Source: Candidatus Poribacteria bacterium
GTDB lineage: Bacteria > Poribacteria > WGA-4E > JAJDTR01
DNA length: 64,000 nucleotides
Assembly (NCBI GenBank): GCA_965222225.1
Contig: CBDCTK010000002.1
Span: 5,120,001 to 5,184,000, forward strand
Reading direction: 5' to 3'
Made by a program: the position numbers and the translations under genes. Numbering within the stretch: the stretch's first letter is position 1; each line of letters starts with the position of its first letter. A model generated the notes under the pieces. That model did no database searches. It was given only the letters and a program-made list of their open reading frames with translations, and was not told the origin of the DNA. This document shows positions 30,132 through 40,679 of this stretch, one piece after another.

Positions 30132-30435
30132 GCTAAATTAGAAAAAAATCTGCATAACGCATTTTCTTGGGAAAGATAAAAGGTTGGAGAGGTGTAGCGT
30201 AGAGGACAGGAAGGCGGGAATTGGAGAGCGGAGAGAAGAAACAAGCACCAGAGGTGCGGCAGGTGTGTAGAACCCCGGAAACACATAACCACAATGCTCC
30301 AGCGGGGCGACAGGTATAGAGTTAAAAGAGTGGAAGATTGCGAGGATGGCTTCCTATTACCCACAAGTCTTCCAGCTGCACGCTATAGTCATTGCAATTA
30401 AGAATTACACACGTGCGATTTGCTAGGTTCGATTT

Positions 30436-30618
30436 GTAGTAGCGATCAACCGAACGGATAGTGAGGGCGATAGAAATCCCGTTATTGCGCGTCTTCTGCA
30501 GGAGCGAACTTTGTTCGCGACAGGAGGTCGCGATCGGGAGAGGAATCTCTATGGGATCTCTATCGCCCTCCTTATTCAGTCGGTTGATCACTCGTTAACC
30601 ACTCCCTTGATCTCCTAC
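30436..30618. repeat. Convergent pair of GTAG-initiated elements, each carrying GATCAA modules
   Basis: Plus copy GTAGTAGC-GATCAACCGAACGGATAGTGAGGGC-GATAGAAATCCC; minus copy GTAGGA-GATCAAGGGAGTGGTTAACGAGT-GATCAACCGACTGAATAAGGAGGGC-GATAGAGATCCC. Confidence 0.75.
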
Positions 30619-30766
30619 AGTAGGTCTATCGTAACAATGTTCAATCATAAAATCGCCAACAAGTGTGTATAAATATGATTGTGATTGACTATAACACATA
30701 TTCCGCAATCAAAATTCCACTCACACTGTTCCAATGGCTCACATCTAGCTGAGTTACGGACGGTTT

Positions 30767-32026
30767 CTACCTCCGTTCAGACCAATCCAAACAGATCAAT
30801 TCTTCGGTGTTCCGCAGGTACAGTTTACCATCGGATAGCGTGGGCATGGTCCAACACTGTCCATTAAAGATTTGCGTCTGAGCCACCTCCTCATATTGGG
30901 TAGGTGTTGCTTTGGCTATGGCTAAATTTCCTCCCTCACCAAGTATAATCAGGCTGCCATCGGCATAAATCAGCGAACCCTTTCCAAAACCGCGTGTGAC
31001 CCACTGTTCCTCGCCGGTTTCTGCGTCAATACACTTCAAGAACGCGTTATCGAACCCGTACAAATAACCGTCGTGCAGGACGGAAGAGGAAAAGTGGTTC
31101 TTCATCTCACGGCTCGTGCAGACTTCCGTAGCCGTGAGTTGACCATCAATTTCCTTAATTTGAACTACGGCGGCGCCCATATCGTATCCGGAAGAGATGA
31201 AGATTTTGTCGGGCGGGATAAAAATGGGGGTAGCGGCGTTCACGTTGAAGCGGGTTGGCCAATCATAGCGCCAGTGGATTTCGCCATCTTTCGGAGATAC
31301 CGAGACGAGACCTTTACCCGTAAAAAACACCGTTTGCCGCTTTCCCAAGATTGTCTCTGTAATGGGCGATGAGTACCCGCTCGCATCATCCTCGGAACTC
31401 CAAACTATCTTACCACTCCGTTTGTCACACGCCACAAGCGCTTTTCCGGTTTCCCCACCGGTCTCAACCAGAAGCAACTCGCCTTCAATGATCGGAGACG
31501 TCGAAAAGCCGTGCTGGGGCAGATTACTCGAAAACGACTGGGTGAAATCGTGATTCCATAACTCTTTGCCGTTGAGCGCATCAAGAGCAACCAACCTGCC
31601 ATAAGCGCTGAGGACATAAACTCTGTCACCATCAACTGTTGGCGTGGAACGCGGTCCGTCTCCACCTTGCCGATTTTCAAAACGGTGGTCATCAAGGTAA
31701 CGCCAAATCTCCTGCCCGCTTGTCGCATCAAGGCACACAACAATCTCATCCTCACCTTTGACGTACATCGTGTATGCGCGTCTGTCTGAGATCGAAACGC
31801 CCGAGAAGCCCTCCCCAAGTGCAATTCTCCAAAGTTCCTTGGGACCATCGTCAGCCCAACGTTTGAGAAGGTTCGTTTCCGGCGAGATTCCATCCCGGTT
31901 CGGTCCCCGCCATTGGTGCCATTCGAGTCTATTTGTTTCGTTCTCCGCCGCGTAGGCGATGAGGTTTCCAGCACAGAAGAGCACCAGAACTACGACAATT
32001 CCACTATATGAACCCTTTAATTTCAT
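30767..32026 (-). CDS. PQQ-like beta-propeller repeat protein (BamB-like), secreted
   Basis: WHQWRGPNRDG, GPRSTP, repeated LDA-x-x-G-x-x-x-W. Confidence 0.88.
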   Translation of the reverse strand: MKLKGSYSGIVVVLVLFCAGNLIAYAAENETNRLEWHQWRGPNRDGISPETNLLKRWADDGPKELWRIALGEGFSGVSISDRRAYTMYVKGEDEIVVCLDATSGQEIWRYLDDHRFENRQGGDGPRSTPTVDGDRVYVLSAYGRLVALDALNGKELWNHDFTQSFSSNLPQHGFSTSPIIEGELLLVETGGETGKALVACDKRSGKIVWSSEDDASGYSSPITETILGKRQTVFFTGKGLVSVSPKDGEIHWRYDWPTRFNVNAATPIFIPPDKIFISSGYDMGAAVVQIKEIDGQLTATEVCTSREMKNHFSSSVLHDGYLYGFDNAFLKCIDAETGEEQWVTRGFGKGSLIYADGSLIILGEGGNLAIAKATPTQYEEVAQTQIFNGQCWTMPTLSDGKLYLRNTEELICLDWSERR

Positions 32027-32030
32027 TCGT

Positions 32031-33269
32031 TTATTCCTTTTTCATTTCTTTTTGGCTTGCGAGAATTACCGACTCCGCGACTTTAATCAACTCGGACGAA
32101 TCCAGCTCTCCGATAAGTGTGAAATCGACTCCGGAATTCGACCATTCGAGAATATGAGCGTGATGTTGCCTCATTACGTGTATAGGCACATCGTGACGTG
32201 AAATGGTTTTACCGCCTCTCCTACGCGGTCCTCGATCCGGATGATGAGATTTGTGTTCCCCTTTTCGCTCAAATAGCGAAAATGTAGCCAATCCGTCGGT
32301 GTACCGCAGAAACACGGTTGATGAACGGTGTTTGATATACCGCGTCTCCAGCAACTGAAATCCGGGGGGAAGATAGGTGGGTTGCACCAGCCGAACCCCC
32401 AACGCTTCTTCTGCTTCCACATCCTTGATAGGTTGGCTTCGCCGCTCCGCTTTCTCAAATATCAGCTTCTTGTCATTCTTCAATTCGGCTAGCGTCCCCT
32501 CAACTTTTTCGCGATCGAACTCTATCTGCGTAAAAACGCCCATGAATTGAAGGTGTCCGGTGTAGTCAAACTCCTCCACGCGCAGGATAATTCCATTACA
32601 GCGTGAAATGAAGAGACGCTTTGTAGGTCTACCCTCGAACTGGGGATAGATTTTAATTTCATTCGTTTCTTCGCCTGCAATAGCGCTTCCGGGCGACAGG
32701 TGGAATCGATAGTTTTGCGCGAGGAGTTGCATCTCTGCTTGAGAAAGGTTGCTTATCCGTTTCCGTCGTGGTAGGAACTCTCTTCGACTAGAAGGTCTAT
32801 CACCCCGACTAGGTCGTCGTTCTTTGCGATCTTTATCCTTGAGGCGTTCAATCTCACGGTGTTTATCGAATCGATCTCTGCCGACGACCGATAATACCTT
32901 GACTGCATTAACGTCTGGCGGATGGTGGATTACAAGGTCCTCACGAACGGTTAGCCCGCGCGGCGTGTGGAAGGTGATTAACCGCGAACCGGTATAACTT
33001 ACTGCATCTTCGGCGGCCGCTATGCGCCGCAAGACCTCAAGAAACTGCTCTGGCGTATTGGAGAGAGCATCTTCTGAGGAACCAAAAAGCAACCCGCAAA
33101 CGAGAAGCGTGGAGAAAAGCCAAACAATGGCGTGAGTCCCGAATCGTGATAGGATTCCTAACTTATTTCTAGGTATTTTCAATGGACCGCCTCCTGTATT
33201 CGGAATTCCATTGCTAACTCGTCCAGCTTTTGGGCGCGGACTGCTCAGTTTCCCTATTGGATATTTCAT
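32031..33269 (-). CDS. MucB/RseB-family periplasmic anti-sigma co-regulator
   Basis: VSYTG, LLAQNY, IAG, PTYLPPGF, YTDGLATFSLFE, LIGEL; follows sigma and anti-sigma genes; start probably downstream of 33269. Confidence 0.78.
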   Translation of the reverse strand: MKYPIGKLSSPRPKAGRVSNGIPNTGGGPLKIPRNKLGILSRFGTHAIVWLFSTLLVCGLLFGSSEDALSNTPEQFLEVLRRIAAAEDAVSYTGSRLITFHTPRGLTVREDLVIHHPPDVNAVKVLSVVGRDRFDKHREIERLKDKDRKERRPSRGDRPSSRREFLPRRKRISNLSQAEMQLLAQNYRFHLSPGSAIAGEETNEIKIYPQFEGRPTKRLFISRCNGIILRVEEFDYTGHLQFMGVFTQIEFDREKVEGTLAELKNDKKLIFEKAERRSQPIKDVEAEEALGVRLVQPTYLPPGFQLLETRYIKHRSSTVFLRYTDGLATFSLFERKGEHKSHHPDRGPRRRGGKTISRHDVPIHVMRQHHAHILEWSNSGVDFTLIGELDSSELIKVAESVILASQKEMKKE

Positions 33270-33272
33270 GGT

Positions 33273-33806
33273 TTAGTCCCCGAGATAAACCTCTAGAAAA
33301 AAGTTTGTATCCTCTTCAACATTTGTGGGAGATAATGCTCCATTTGAGTCGAGCGAATCGGTAGCACCGTCTGAGTGCGATGAATAATACACGGAATACT
33401 GTGTATGCTCCGAAAGGTAAAGATCGAGCGAATCGTCAGAATCAGAAGTTGGCGTCAAATTAAAATAGACCATCGCGAAGAGCAGGCACGCGGAGACCAC
33501 CGCGAACGTTCCACCCATCACGGGACGGAAAAACCACTGACGAATATCCTCCGCGCTCGGAAGGAAACTTCGGCAAACCGCTCCGCGATCTGACAATTGC
33601 GGTAGGACAAGATCCGCGATAGGAGGCGCTTCGTGTCTTAAAGCGCCAATGCTTTGACGATTCTGCTGGAAGTCCGAGAGCATCTCGACACATTCGTTGC
33701 AAGTATTCAGATGCGCTTCAACCCTTGCCCGACCCTCCAGGCTTATCCGGTCGTCCAAGTATGCAGATAGTTGTTTTTGAATGTGATTGTGATTCATGAT
33801 TTCCAC
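33273..33806 (-). CDS. Zinc-binding anti-sigma factor (zf-HC2) with a TM helix
   Basis: LSAYLD...EAHLNTCNEC (HxxxCxxC), one TM segment. Confidence 0.88.
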   Translation of the reverse strand: MEIMNHNHIQKQLSAYLDDRISLEGRARVEAHLNTCNECVEMLSDFQQNRQSIGALRHEAPPIADLVLPQLSDRGAVCRSFLPSAEDIRQWFFRPVMGGTFAVVSACLLFAMVYFNLTPTSDSDDSLDLYLSEHTQYSVYYSSHSDGATDSLDSNGALSPTNVEEDTNFFLEVYLGD

Positions 33807-33812
33807 CTCCTA

Positions 33813-34439
33813 TCACGAAAATTGTAAGACCAATTCTCTTAAGACCTTTCTGGCTTCATGTAGTTTTGATTTTACACGTCCAACCGAGCAGCCAATCACC
33901 TCTGCCAATTCCTCATAGGAAAGATCTTGCATTTCACGCAGAACCAAGATTTTCCGATAATCATCCTTCAACTCGGCGAGCGCCTTTTGAAGGATTTCCT
34001 GCTGTTCTAGGCGCAACACCGATTTTTCCGGGGTTTCTGTGTCGATGGGCACCCAAGGTTGTGAATCGTCAATCTCCATAGCATAGGTTTGGCGCCGCTT
34101 TTTCTGATCTTTGACGTTGATACACCGGTTTGTCACGATTCGGTAAAGCCATGTGGAGAAACGCGATCGAAATTGGAATTGCCCGATATTTTCCCAAAGC
34201 CAGAGAAAGACCTCCTGCGCCATGTCGGAAGCGTCTTCCCGATTGCCAAGCATGCCGTACGCGATATTGTACACCCAATGCTGGTAATGGCCAATAAGCG
34301 CTTCCATGGCGCGCTTGTCACCATCTTGGCAACGAATCACATAATCCTTTTCTTGCTCCTTCGTCAATGCGTCCGCAACTTGGGCGTTTAGAGGCACAGC
34401 AGGCAAAACCTCCTCCAAAATGGGGTACATGGCATCCAT
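33813..34439 (-). CDS. ECF sigma factor (RpoE-like)
   Basis: DMAQEVF, FSTWLYRI, LSYEELAEV...VKSKLHEAR. Confidence 0.92.
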   Translation of the reverse strand: MDAMYPILEEVLPAVPLNAQVADALTKEQEKDYVIRCQDGDKRAMEALIGHYQHWVYNIAYGMLGNREDASDMAQEVFLWLWENIGQFQFRSRFSTWLYRIVTNRCINVKDQKKRRQTYAMEIDDSQPWVPIDTETPEKSVLRLEQQEILQKALAELKDDYRKILVLREMQDLSYEELAEVIGCSVGRVKSKLHEARKVLRELVLQFS

Positions 34440-34489
34440 CCTGAAACGCGTTGGCTAGAAACCCTACGGGTTTCTTCCATTTTCATCTG

Positions 34490-34516
34490 TTAGACATGTA
34501 ACGAAGGGAAAAGTTC
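34490..34516 (-). promoter_or_regulatory. sigmaE-type autoregulatory promoter
   Basis: GAACTT-N16-TCTAA on the minus strand, 50 nt upstream of the sigma gene. Confidence 0.75.
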
Positions 34517-34609
34517 GTGGTTTATCGTTTTCCGCATTTCGATTTACAGGCGCAAGACTTGATTGCCGTCTGACATACCATTTCGTGGCACCATGCGTTA
34601 TTTCCGTTC

Positions 34610-37072
34610 TTATCGGTTCGGGCTGCCCGGTGTCATGGCAACCGCTTTGAAGTTGCCGGTGCCATCGGGAAATCTTCCGATAGCAGTATCGTCCTTTTGT
34701 ACTCCGAATTTTACAGAGTCAAGCACTTGATTGTGTCGTTCGTCCGTGTCGACGAGGATGAGCGTTTCGCCGTTCTTCGAGAGATTGAAATTAGTGTGCA
34801 GTTCCGTTTGGCTCTCGTCATCAGAATCAGCCCAGACAATCAAGTATCCTTTTGGTGCGATGGTTGTTTGTTTCGGAAACTGCCACCATTTGCGAGGGAT
34901 CGCTAGATCGTCGCTAAGATACATCCCCGCAAGATTGATGGGGTGCTCGCCAGCGTTGTAGAGTTCAATCCAATCATCATGCCCTCCGCGAGCGTCCATG
35001 ATACTGCTCGTATTGCTCGCCATCAACTCGTTAATTACAACATCCGAACCCTTGGCAGGTGGTGAAATTACGCGATATGTCAACGGTTCAAATTCAGTCT
35101 TGGCGGGGAAAAACGCCGTAGTTCCATGTGATTCTACCGCACGCGCCTCAACGTAGTAGCGCACCTCTGTTCCGGCAGGAAAACCTGGGATTTCACCAGT
35201 ATATACCCCGCCATTCTTTGACATCGGTAGGCTCTGGAACGGGGACAGTCGAGCGTAGGCATAGTATAGGATTACCTCATCAACGGCAATCTCATCGCTG
35301 ATTTTTGCCATGATCTGTACGCGTTCACCCGCTACCGGGTTTTCCGGCTCCGAGACGGATAGAGTAACGGGCGTCGGTTTATTGATTTCCGGGTGAGAAA
35401 GTAGATATTCGCGACGTTGCGTGACGAAGTCTTTAAAACTAGGCGTGCCGCCTCCTCCGCCGGGTCCGAATCCATGAGTCTGTTCTTTGATGTGGCTGGT
35501 GGCAAACGCCTCGTAAGGATAAAGCTTCTTGTCATCCGCGCTGACCCCCTCGTCAATTAACGATTGGTAAGCTGCGATAATTGACTCTAACTTTTCCCAA
35601 TCAAGCCAGTCGGCGACGATGGTACGAATGTGCGATAGGTATCGCGCTCGGAGGTGTGGGATCGCGAATAGGCGTTTGATAACGGGACGCATCTCGTCCT
35701 CCTCTTGAGCAACGGGAGACAACATCGGTCCATCGGTTGCCCAAGAGTTCGGACCGCCTCCCCCGGCAAAGCGAAAAGTCTCATTACTATCGTACGGCAG
35801 CAGGTGAAATCGACCGTTTGAATCCTGATAAATGGAATAATCACTGCCGCGGCTGAAATAACCGTCGTTGTCAATGAAGACGTTTTCAAGCGCGAGAAAC
35901 CAAAATGCTCTGTCTATGTTAAAAACGCGGGACAACTCGGCTTCAAGTTGGGCGTCGGATGTATTCTGGAGTGTTCGGCATAAGTTGATTAAGTCAATCC
36001 ACGCATTGGGCGCACCCTTTTCATTTGTCTTGAGTTGATAGGACTCCTGATAATCCGCCGGGTTGTCGCCGTTGTAGACCAACCCGCTTCCGCGACCGGG
36101 CGGCACCTTCCACCGAACGCCGCTTCTGGTGTCAAACCATTCCGAAAGGAAATCCTTGTTATATTGTTGGCTGCTGATGTAAATTCCCCAGTTCTCTCCA
36201 TTGATAACCAGTTTGACGAAGTTTGCCCTTGACGCGGGAATATAATCGCGAGCGATTCTTGAGTAGAGAACTTCTCGGAGAAAAGATGCGTCCGAATGTC
36301 CGTTAAGCAAGTTTAATGTCTTGTACCCTGAAAGACGTTGCTCTTCATCGTTGGCGTCAATAGCGATGTTAAACGACTTCTTTTCGTTCTCAACGGTGAA
36401 ATAGGACGAACTTCCACGGAAACGGACGCCGACCAATCGAAAAATCTCCCCATCCACAACTAAGTCCGCCGGAACGTCGACATCGGATTTATAGAAATCC
36501 CCCAGTTGTTCATACCAATCGTCGTCATGAAAACGTAGATAGAAGGTTCGCAAGGTGTTGTCGTTATAGAGTCCAACATTCTCCGAGATTGCCGCTGCTT
36601 TACTGGTTTTCAGGTCGCCTTCAAGCGTGGTTTTTACCAATATTTCGTCCGATGAACGTGAGGCCCCGGGTGCTCCGCGGCTGTCTTGGACGTATTTACG
36701 AGCGTCCCCGCGCTCAGACTCATTTAGTTTCCCATCCCCGTCTTTATCGAAACGGTGGACAATCTTCTCCGCACGTCGCGGTCCCCTACCTCTGCCTCCG
36801 AATCCACCCGGCCCGCCGCCCCGACGCATCTCGCGAATTGCACGTTCATCCAACCGTACTCCTGTCAACGCCTCTTGAGTAATCGTTTCAAGTAGGATTT
36901 CTTTCTCATCTTCACTTAACCGCCCGTCTCCGTCGAAATCGGACCGTTTATCCTCATCCGTGAGGGGTGGGACCGCATTTTCCGTGTTTTGTGAAAAACC
37001 GCCCGATACGACCATCATGCAGATTGTTAGTGTAATCGCAAGTGTGTAGCAAATGGGGTCTTCTCGCGTCAT
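34610..37072 (-). CDS. Secreted CotH-kinase-family protein with N-terminal EF-hands and a C-terminal lamin-tail domain
   Basis: Signal peptide; DFDGDGRLSEDE and DKDGDGKLNESE; GVRFRGSSS, KKSFNI, FLREVL, PYDSNETF; VVINELMASN...DWIELYN. Confidence 0.85.
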   Translation of the reverse strand: MTREDPICYTLAITLTICMMVVSGGFSQNTENAVPPLTDEDKRSDFDGDGRLSEDEKEILLETITQEALTGVRLDERAIREMRRGGGPGGFGGRGRGPRRAEKIVHRFDKDGDGKLNESERGDARKYVQDSRGAPGASRSSDEILVKTTLEGDLKTSKAAAISENVGLYNDNTLRTFYLRFHDDDWYEQLGDFYKSDVDVPADLVVDGEIFRLVGVRFRGSSSYFTVENEKKSFNIAIDANDEEQRLSGYKTLNLLNGHSDASFLREVLYSRIARDYIPASRANFVKLVINGENWGIYISSQQYNKDFLSEWFDTRSGVRWKVPPGRGSGLVYNGDNPADYQESYQLKTNEKGAPNAWIDLINLCRTLQNTSDAQLEAELSRVFNIDRAFWFLALENVFIDNDGYFSRGSDYSIYQDSNGRFHLLPYDSNETFRFAGGGGPNSWATDGPMLSPVAQEEDEMRPVIKRLFAIPHLRARYLSHIRTIVADWLDWEKLESIIAAYQSLIDEGVSADDKKLYPYEAFATSHIKEQTHGFGPGGGGGTPSFKDFVTQRREYLLSHPEINKPTPVTLSVSEPENPVAGERVQIMAKISDEIAVDEVILYYAYARLSPFQSLPMSKNGGVYTGEIPGFPAGTEVRYYVEARAVESHGTTAFFPAKTEFEPLTYRVISPPAKGSDVVINELMASNTSSIMDARGGHDDWIELYNAGEHPINLAGMYLSDDLAIPRKWWQFPKQTTIAPKGYLIVWADSDDESQTELHTNFNLSKNGETLILVDTDERHNQVLDSVKFGVQKDDTAIGRFPDGTGNFKAVAMTPGSPNR

Positions 37073-37147
37073 ACTCTCACCTTAGGTTATTGAAACCCAA
37101 CTATACTACAATGTTTGAAACTCCTGTTTTCTGGAATTCCACTACGT

Positions 37148-37804
37148 TTAGACTCTGTCATCCCGCAGATAGGGAAGAAGCAACGCCCTCAAATTACGCT
37201 GTGCTTGAAAGAGATGCGCCTTGATGGTGCCGGTAGACCGCCCCATTTTGCGTCCAATTTCCTTCAACGGGAGTTCCTCTTGATAACGGAGAATAAAAAC
37301 CTCTCTTTGCTTTGGGGACAACTGCATAACGGCTCGACTCAAATAGACGTAGAACTCCTCATTTTCTACAGCCTTGGAAGGTGCCGACGGGTGTCGATTG
37401 GCGACATTACTGTAAAACACGTCGTCAGACACCGGATCGTCGCTCATCACGCGGTGTTTTGACCGCTGGCGCATAAAGTCGATGCAACGATTGATTGTGA
37501 TGCGATAGATCCAACTGTAGAATTGTGAAGCCTTCTTGAAGTTCCCGAGGCCCTGATACGCCTTGAAAAAAACGTCCTGTGTGACATCAAGAGCATCTTC
37601 AGGATTTGAGATGATGGCGCGAATAACTCCATGAATACGACCACGGTAGCGAAGATATAACAGATTAAATGCCTCCGAATCCCCGTCCTGAAAGCATTCG
37701 ACGAGCTGGGAATCCTCGGCATCGGTTTCAAGCACAGATCCGGAGTTGCCAATCGGCACATAGCTAGAACTAAATTGAAACGCTTCCTGAGTCGGCATGG
37801 ACAT
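37148..37804 (-). CDS. ECF sigma factor (second copy)
   Basis: DVTQDVFFKAY, FYSWIYRI, GTIKAHLFQA. Confidence 0.9.
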   Translation of the reverse strand: MSMPTQEAFQFSSSYVPIGNSGSVLETDAEDSQLVECFQDGDSEAFNLLYLRYRGRIHGVIRAIISNPEDALDVTQDVFFKAYQGLGNFKKASQFYSWIYRITINRCIDFMRQRSKHRVMSDDPVSDDVFYSNVANRHPSAPSKAVENEEFYVYLSRAVMQLSPKQREVFILRYQEELPLKEIGRKMGRSTGTIKAHLFQAQRNLRALLLPYLRDDRV

Positions 37805-37987
37805 CTTTCCCCCGTGCGGTAGTGCGAAAATCCTGGTTAGTTGAAAATGAGCTGCGGATTATCATTCATGATTGGAAATCTCGAATTATCCATTAGGCAG
37901 ACGAATCTACAATTTGTTCGGAAAAAACCAATAACAATCGGACGCTCGTGCCAACTTATTCAATTTCCATCTCGCCCAATCATGCAA

Positions 37988-38023
37988 GATCAACCGACTG
38001 AATAAGGAGGGCGATAGAAATTC
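37988..38023 (+). repeat. Dispersed GATCAA module (A+B)
   Basis: 31 nt (37988-38018) identical to the reverse complement of 30559-30589. Confidence 0.75.
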
Positions 38024-38029
38024 AACAGA

Positions 38030-39852
38030 TTGCTGATCGGCGTTATGCGCCCCGCCGAAGCGGTTGAGGAGCAAGAATTGCTCCAACAGATTAGAGAAGC
38101 CGTGCTATGGAGGCCGGAACCCTCTGAGAAACCGCCACCGATGCCGAAGTGGCAGCGATGAAGGAACAGTTCACGAAACGGATTGAAAACGGGTTTGAAC
38201 TCAGTGAACGGTTTCTCGGCATGTATCCCGAAAGCGAGAAGCGTGATGAGGCATGGATGTACAATATCCAATGTCTTTTGGGACTCTGCAGGCAAGAGGA
38301 AGCCAACGCTGAGATCGAAGCGTTCTTGAAGGCGTTTCCCAAATCGAACACGCCTTAGGAGTAAGGATGATTAAGATTGGGCTAATTGAACACGAGGGAA
38401 AATACAAGGAGGCGCTCGCCGAGTTAGACAAAATGGATCACTCGGCGGTTCTTCCCCAGGTGTATGAGGAGAAGGCACAACTCTACTCACACATGGAAAA
38501 TTGGGAAAAAGCCGCCGAATACCGGCTCCTCGCCGCAGAATTGACATTGGGCAAGCCTGCCCCGGATTTCACGCTGAAGGACATCAACGGTAAAACCGTC
38601 TCACTCAAGGATTTTCATGGCAAGGTCGTCCTGCTCGACTTCTGGGTGACGTGGTGCGGGCCATGCATCCACGAGCTACCGGAGCTGAAGGCGATTTATG
38701 AAAGACACAAGCACAACCCCGATTTCGCCCTCATTAGTATCAGTTCGGATTTTGATGACGAAACAGTCGCGAAGTTCGTCGCGAATAATGAGATGCCGTG
38801 GATTCACATCCGCGAGACCGAAGAGATGCAAGTGAAATTCAGTGTGATTGCATTACGCACTACACTGTCATTGACAAGAACGGGCTGATACGCGAAGACA
38901 ATCTGCGCGGTGGTATCCAACTCAACGCGGTGATTTCCTCCCTGCTTGCCGAAGCGCCGGGCGAACCGGATTCGCCAAACTCCACGAGTTGAGTGCGGAT
39001 CTGCACAATAGGCGCGGCGAACGGGAGCAGGCGATTCAGGTTGCGATGGACAACGACCTGGATGATGGATATTTGGCGAAGCGAATAAAAGGGATGACGA
39101 ATCGGATTTCGGAAATCCGCGACAGATCGGCGTTCAAGGCGTTTACGGAAGCTGTCCCCAAGACGGAACAGGACAGGCGGACCGACGAGGCGAATCGCAA
39201 GCTGAACGAATTCACCAATGAGCGGATTGAAGCCCGGAATTCCTTCCTACTTGTCAAAGCTGACGGCGAGATATTCATGGGTGTGATTCTGAGTTCAACG
39301 GGCCATCTGCTTGTTCCCGACAGTGTCGCCGATGCCACGGACATCCGGGCGAAGATGACAGATTATCTACCGGCTGTTGCTAGGGATTCGGAGGCAAGGC
39401 TGGCTGTTATAAAAATTCAGGGCGCGGGCGACTTGCGGCCTGTCGAGATGGGGACAGTCGATGACTTGAAGGAGTACGCGCCGTACAACTTCGCAATGGC
39501 AAATGGTCGCACGAGCAGATCGTTTCCTACAATCGTGCTGGTTACGCCCCGTGGTTATTCGGGAAATAGTGACGTTGGACAAATCGCCGTACTCATCGGT
39601 GACAGTGTCGGAACGTTTGAAATTGACAAGGCAGGAAATGTCACTTCATTCCAAATCGGTTCAAGTGAATCAAAACTCGGTGATGCGTTTGTCCACTACG
39701 ATGGCAAATTGCTCGGATTCTGCGTCGAAGATGAGGTCCTCTACAAAGGTTCCGCGCATAGCATGCCCGGTCCGAAATGTAATGTCGCACCAATCGATCA
39801 GATTCAAGCAAGCTTGGAACGGATGGGTGTGACAGAAATGCTTGGAGACTAG
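38030..39852 (+). pseudogene. Fragmented TPR - TlpA/redoxin - protease-like-fold protein
   Basis: Consecutive fragments in shifting frames (breaks near 38135, 38355, 38855, 38990); GKPAPDFTLKD...LDFWVTWCGPC thioredoxin motif; 5' end abuts a repeat module. Confidence 0.72.
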
Positions 39853-39879
39853 GGGCTTGCGGTGGGTTGTTGCAATGGG

Positions 39880-39906
39880 GTAGGGACGTAACGGGAACGT
39901 CCCTAC
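39880..39906. repeat. Perfect GTAG/CTAC hairpin between convergent genes (REP-like, possible terminator)
   Basis: GTAGGGACGT-AACGGGA-ACGTCCCTAC. Confidence 0.65.
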
Positions 39907-39917
39907 GCCGCAATTTG

Positions 39918-40115
39918 TCAATCCGCCGCCGACCTGTCGGGATAGGTGATGGGACCGCTAACGTTGAATTCTTGACGCAGGCATTTGCGGCAATAATACG
40001 TCAGAAGCATTTTGCGATACGTAAAGCCCTTCGCTTGGTTACCGCACGTGTCGCAGTGTTGCTCCTTTATACCTCGAATGGCATCGGTAACCCTTGAACC
40101 CGCTGAAGTATTCAT
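39918..40115 (-). CDS. Small putative zinc-finger protein (65 aa)
   Basis: AGGAG 7 nt before the ATG; CDTC...CRKC; upstream ECF-like promoter. Confidence 0.65.
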   Translation of the reverse strand: MNTSAGSRVTDAIRGIKEQHCDTCGNQAKGFTYRKMLLTYYCRKCLRQEFNVSGPITYPDRSAAD

Positions 40116-40184
40116 TCATACTCTCCTGTTATGGACTCTTGATGAATCAAACCAGAAACTACTACTTGTCTGTTATGCTATACA

Positions 40185-40211
40185 AACGTATAGTTATCCG
40201 AAAAGGTTACA
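40185..40211 (-). promoter_or_regulatory. ECF-type promoter candidate
   Basis: TGTAAC-N17-CGTT (AAC/CGT motif) with an upstream T-tract, 70 nt before the small gene. Confidence 0.5.
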
Positions 40212-40679
40212 GAAAGTGCAAAAAAAATTTCGGGTTGCGCGTAACTCGATAGTCTACCTTTGCCATCATATTCACCGCCCTTATTTGGCGTAATTTTTAG
40301 TAGTGCAATTCATTGCATCTCCGATATTTGCAATGACAAAACCAATCTTCAATACTTATGATAATTTGCGCGCCTTCCATCCTTCCATTCGTCCCGCTTC
40401 CATCTTCCACCGTTCTTGACAACCTATTTAGCAGTGTGCTATTCTTTCGCGGTCATAACCTGTAGGCAAGTCTTATTCATCAAAAATCTACGAATTACAG
40501 AGGTAATCCCATTTCGTTTGAATAATATTCCGTATAATGTTTTTCAATCATACTAATATGCGAGGACCGATACCAACAATTACCCTCGACCAAACCCGGT
40601 AGGCGGGGCATCTTGCCCCGCATAGGAAAAACTTGATTCACGCTATTAATGCGCCGCAAATATAGGGAATTGGCATAAG

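Noticed and set aside
37935-37956. TTGGCACG on the minus strand upstream of the second ECF as a sigma54 promoter
   Set aside because: No TTGC -12 element at the required spacing.
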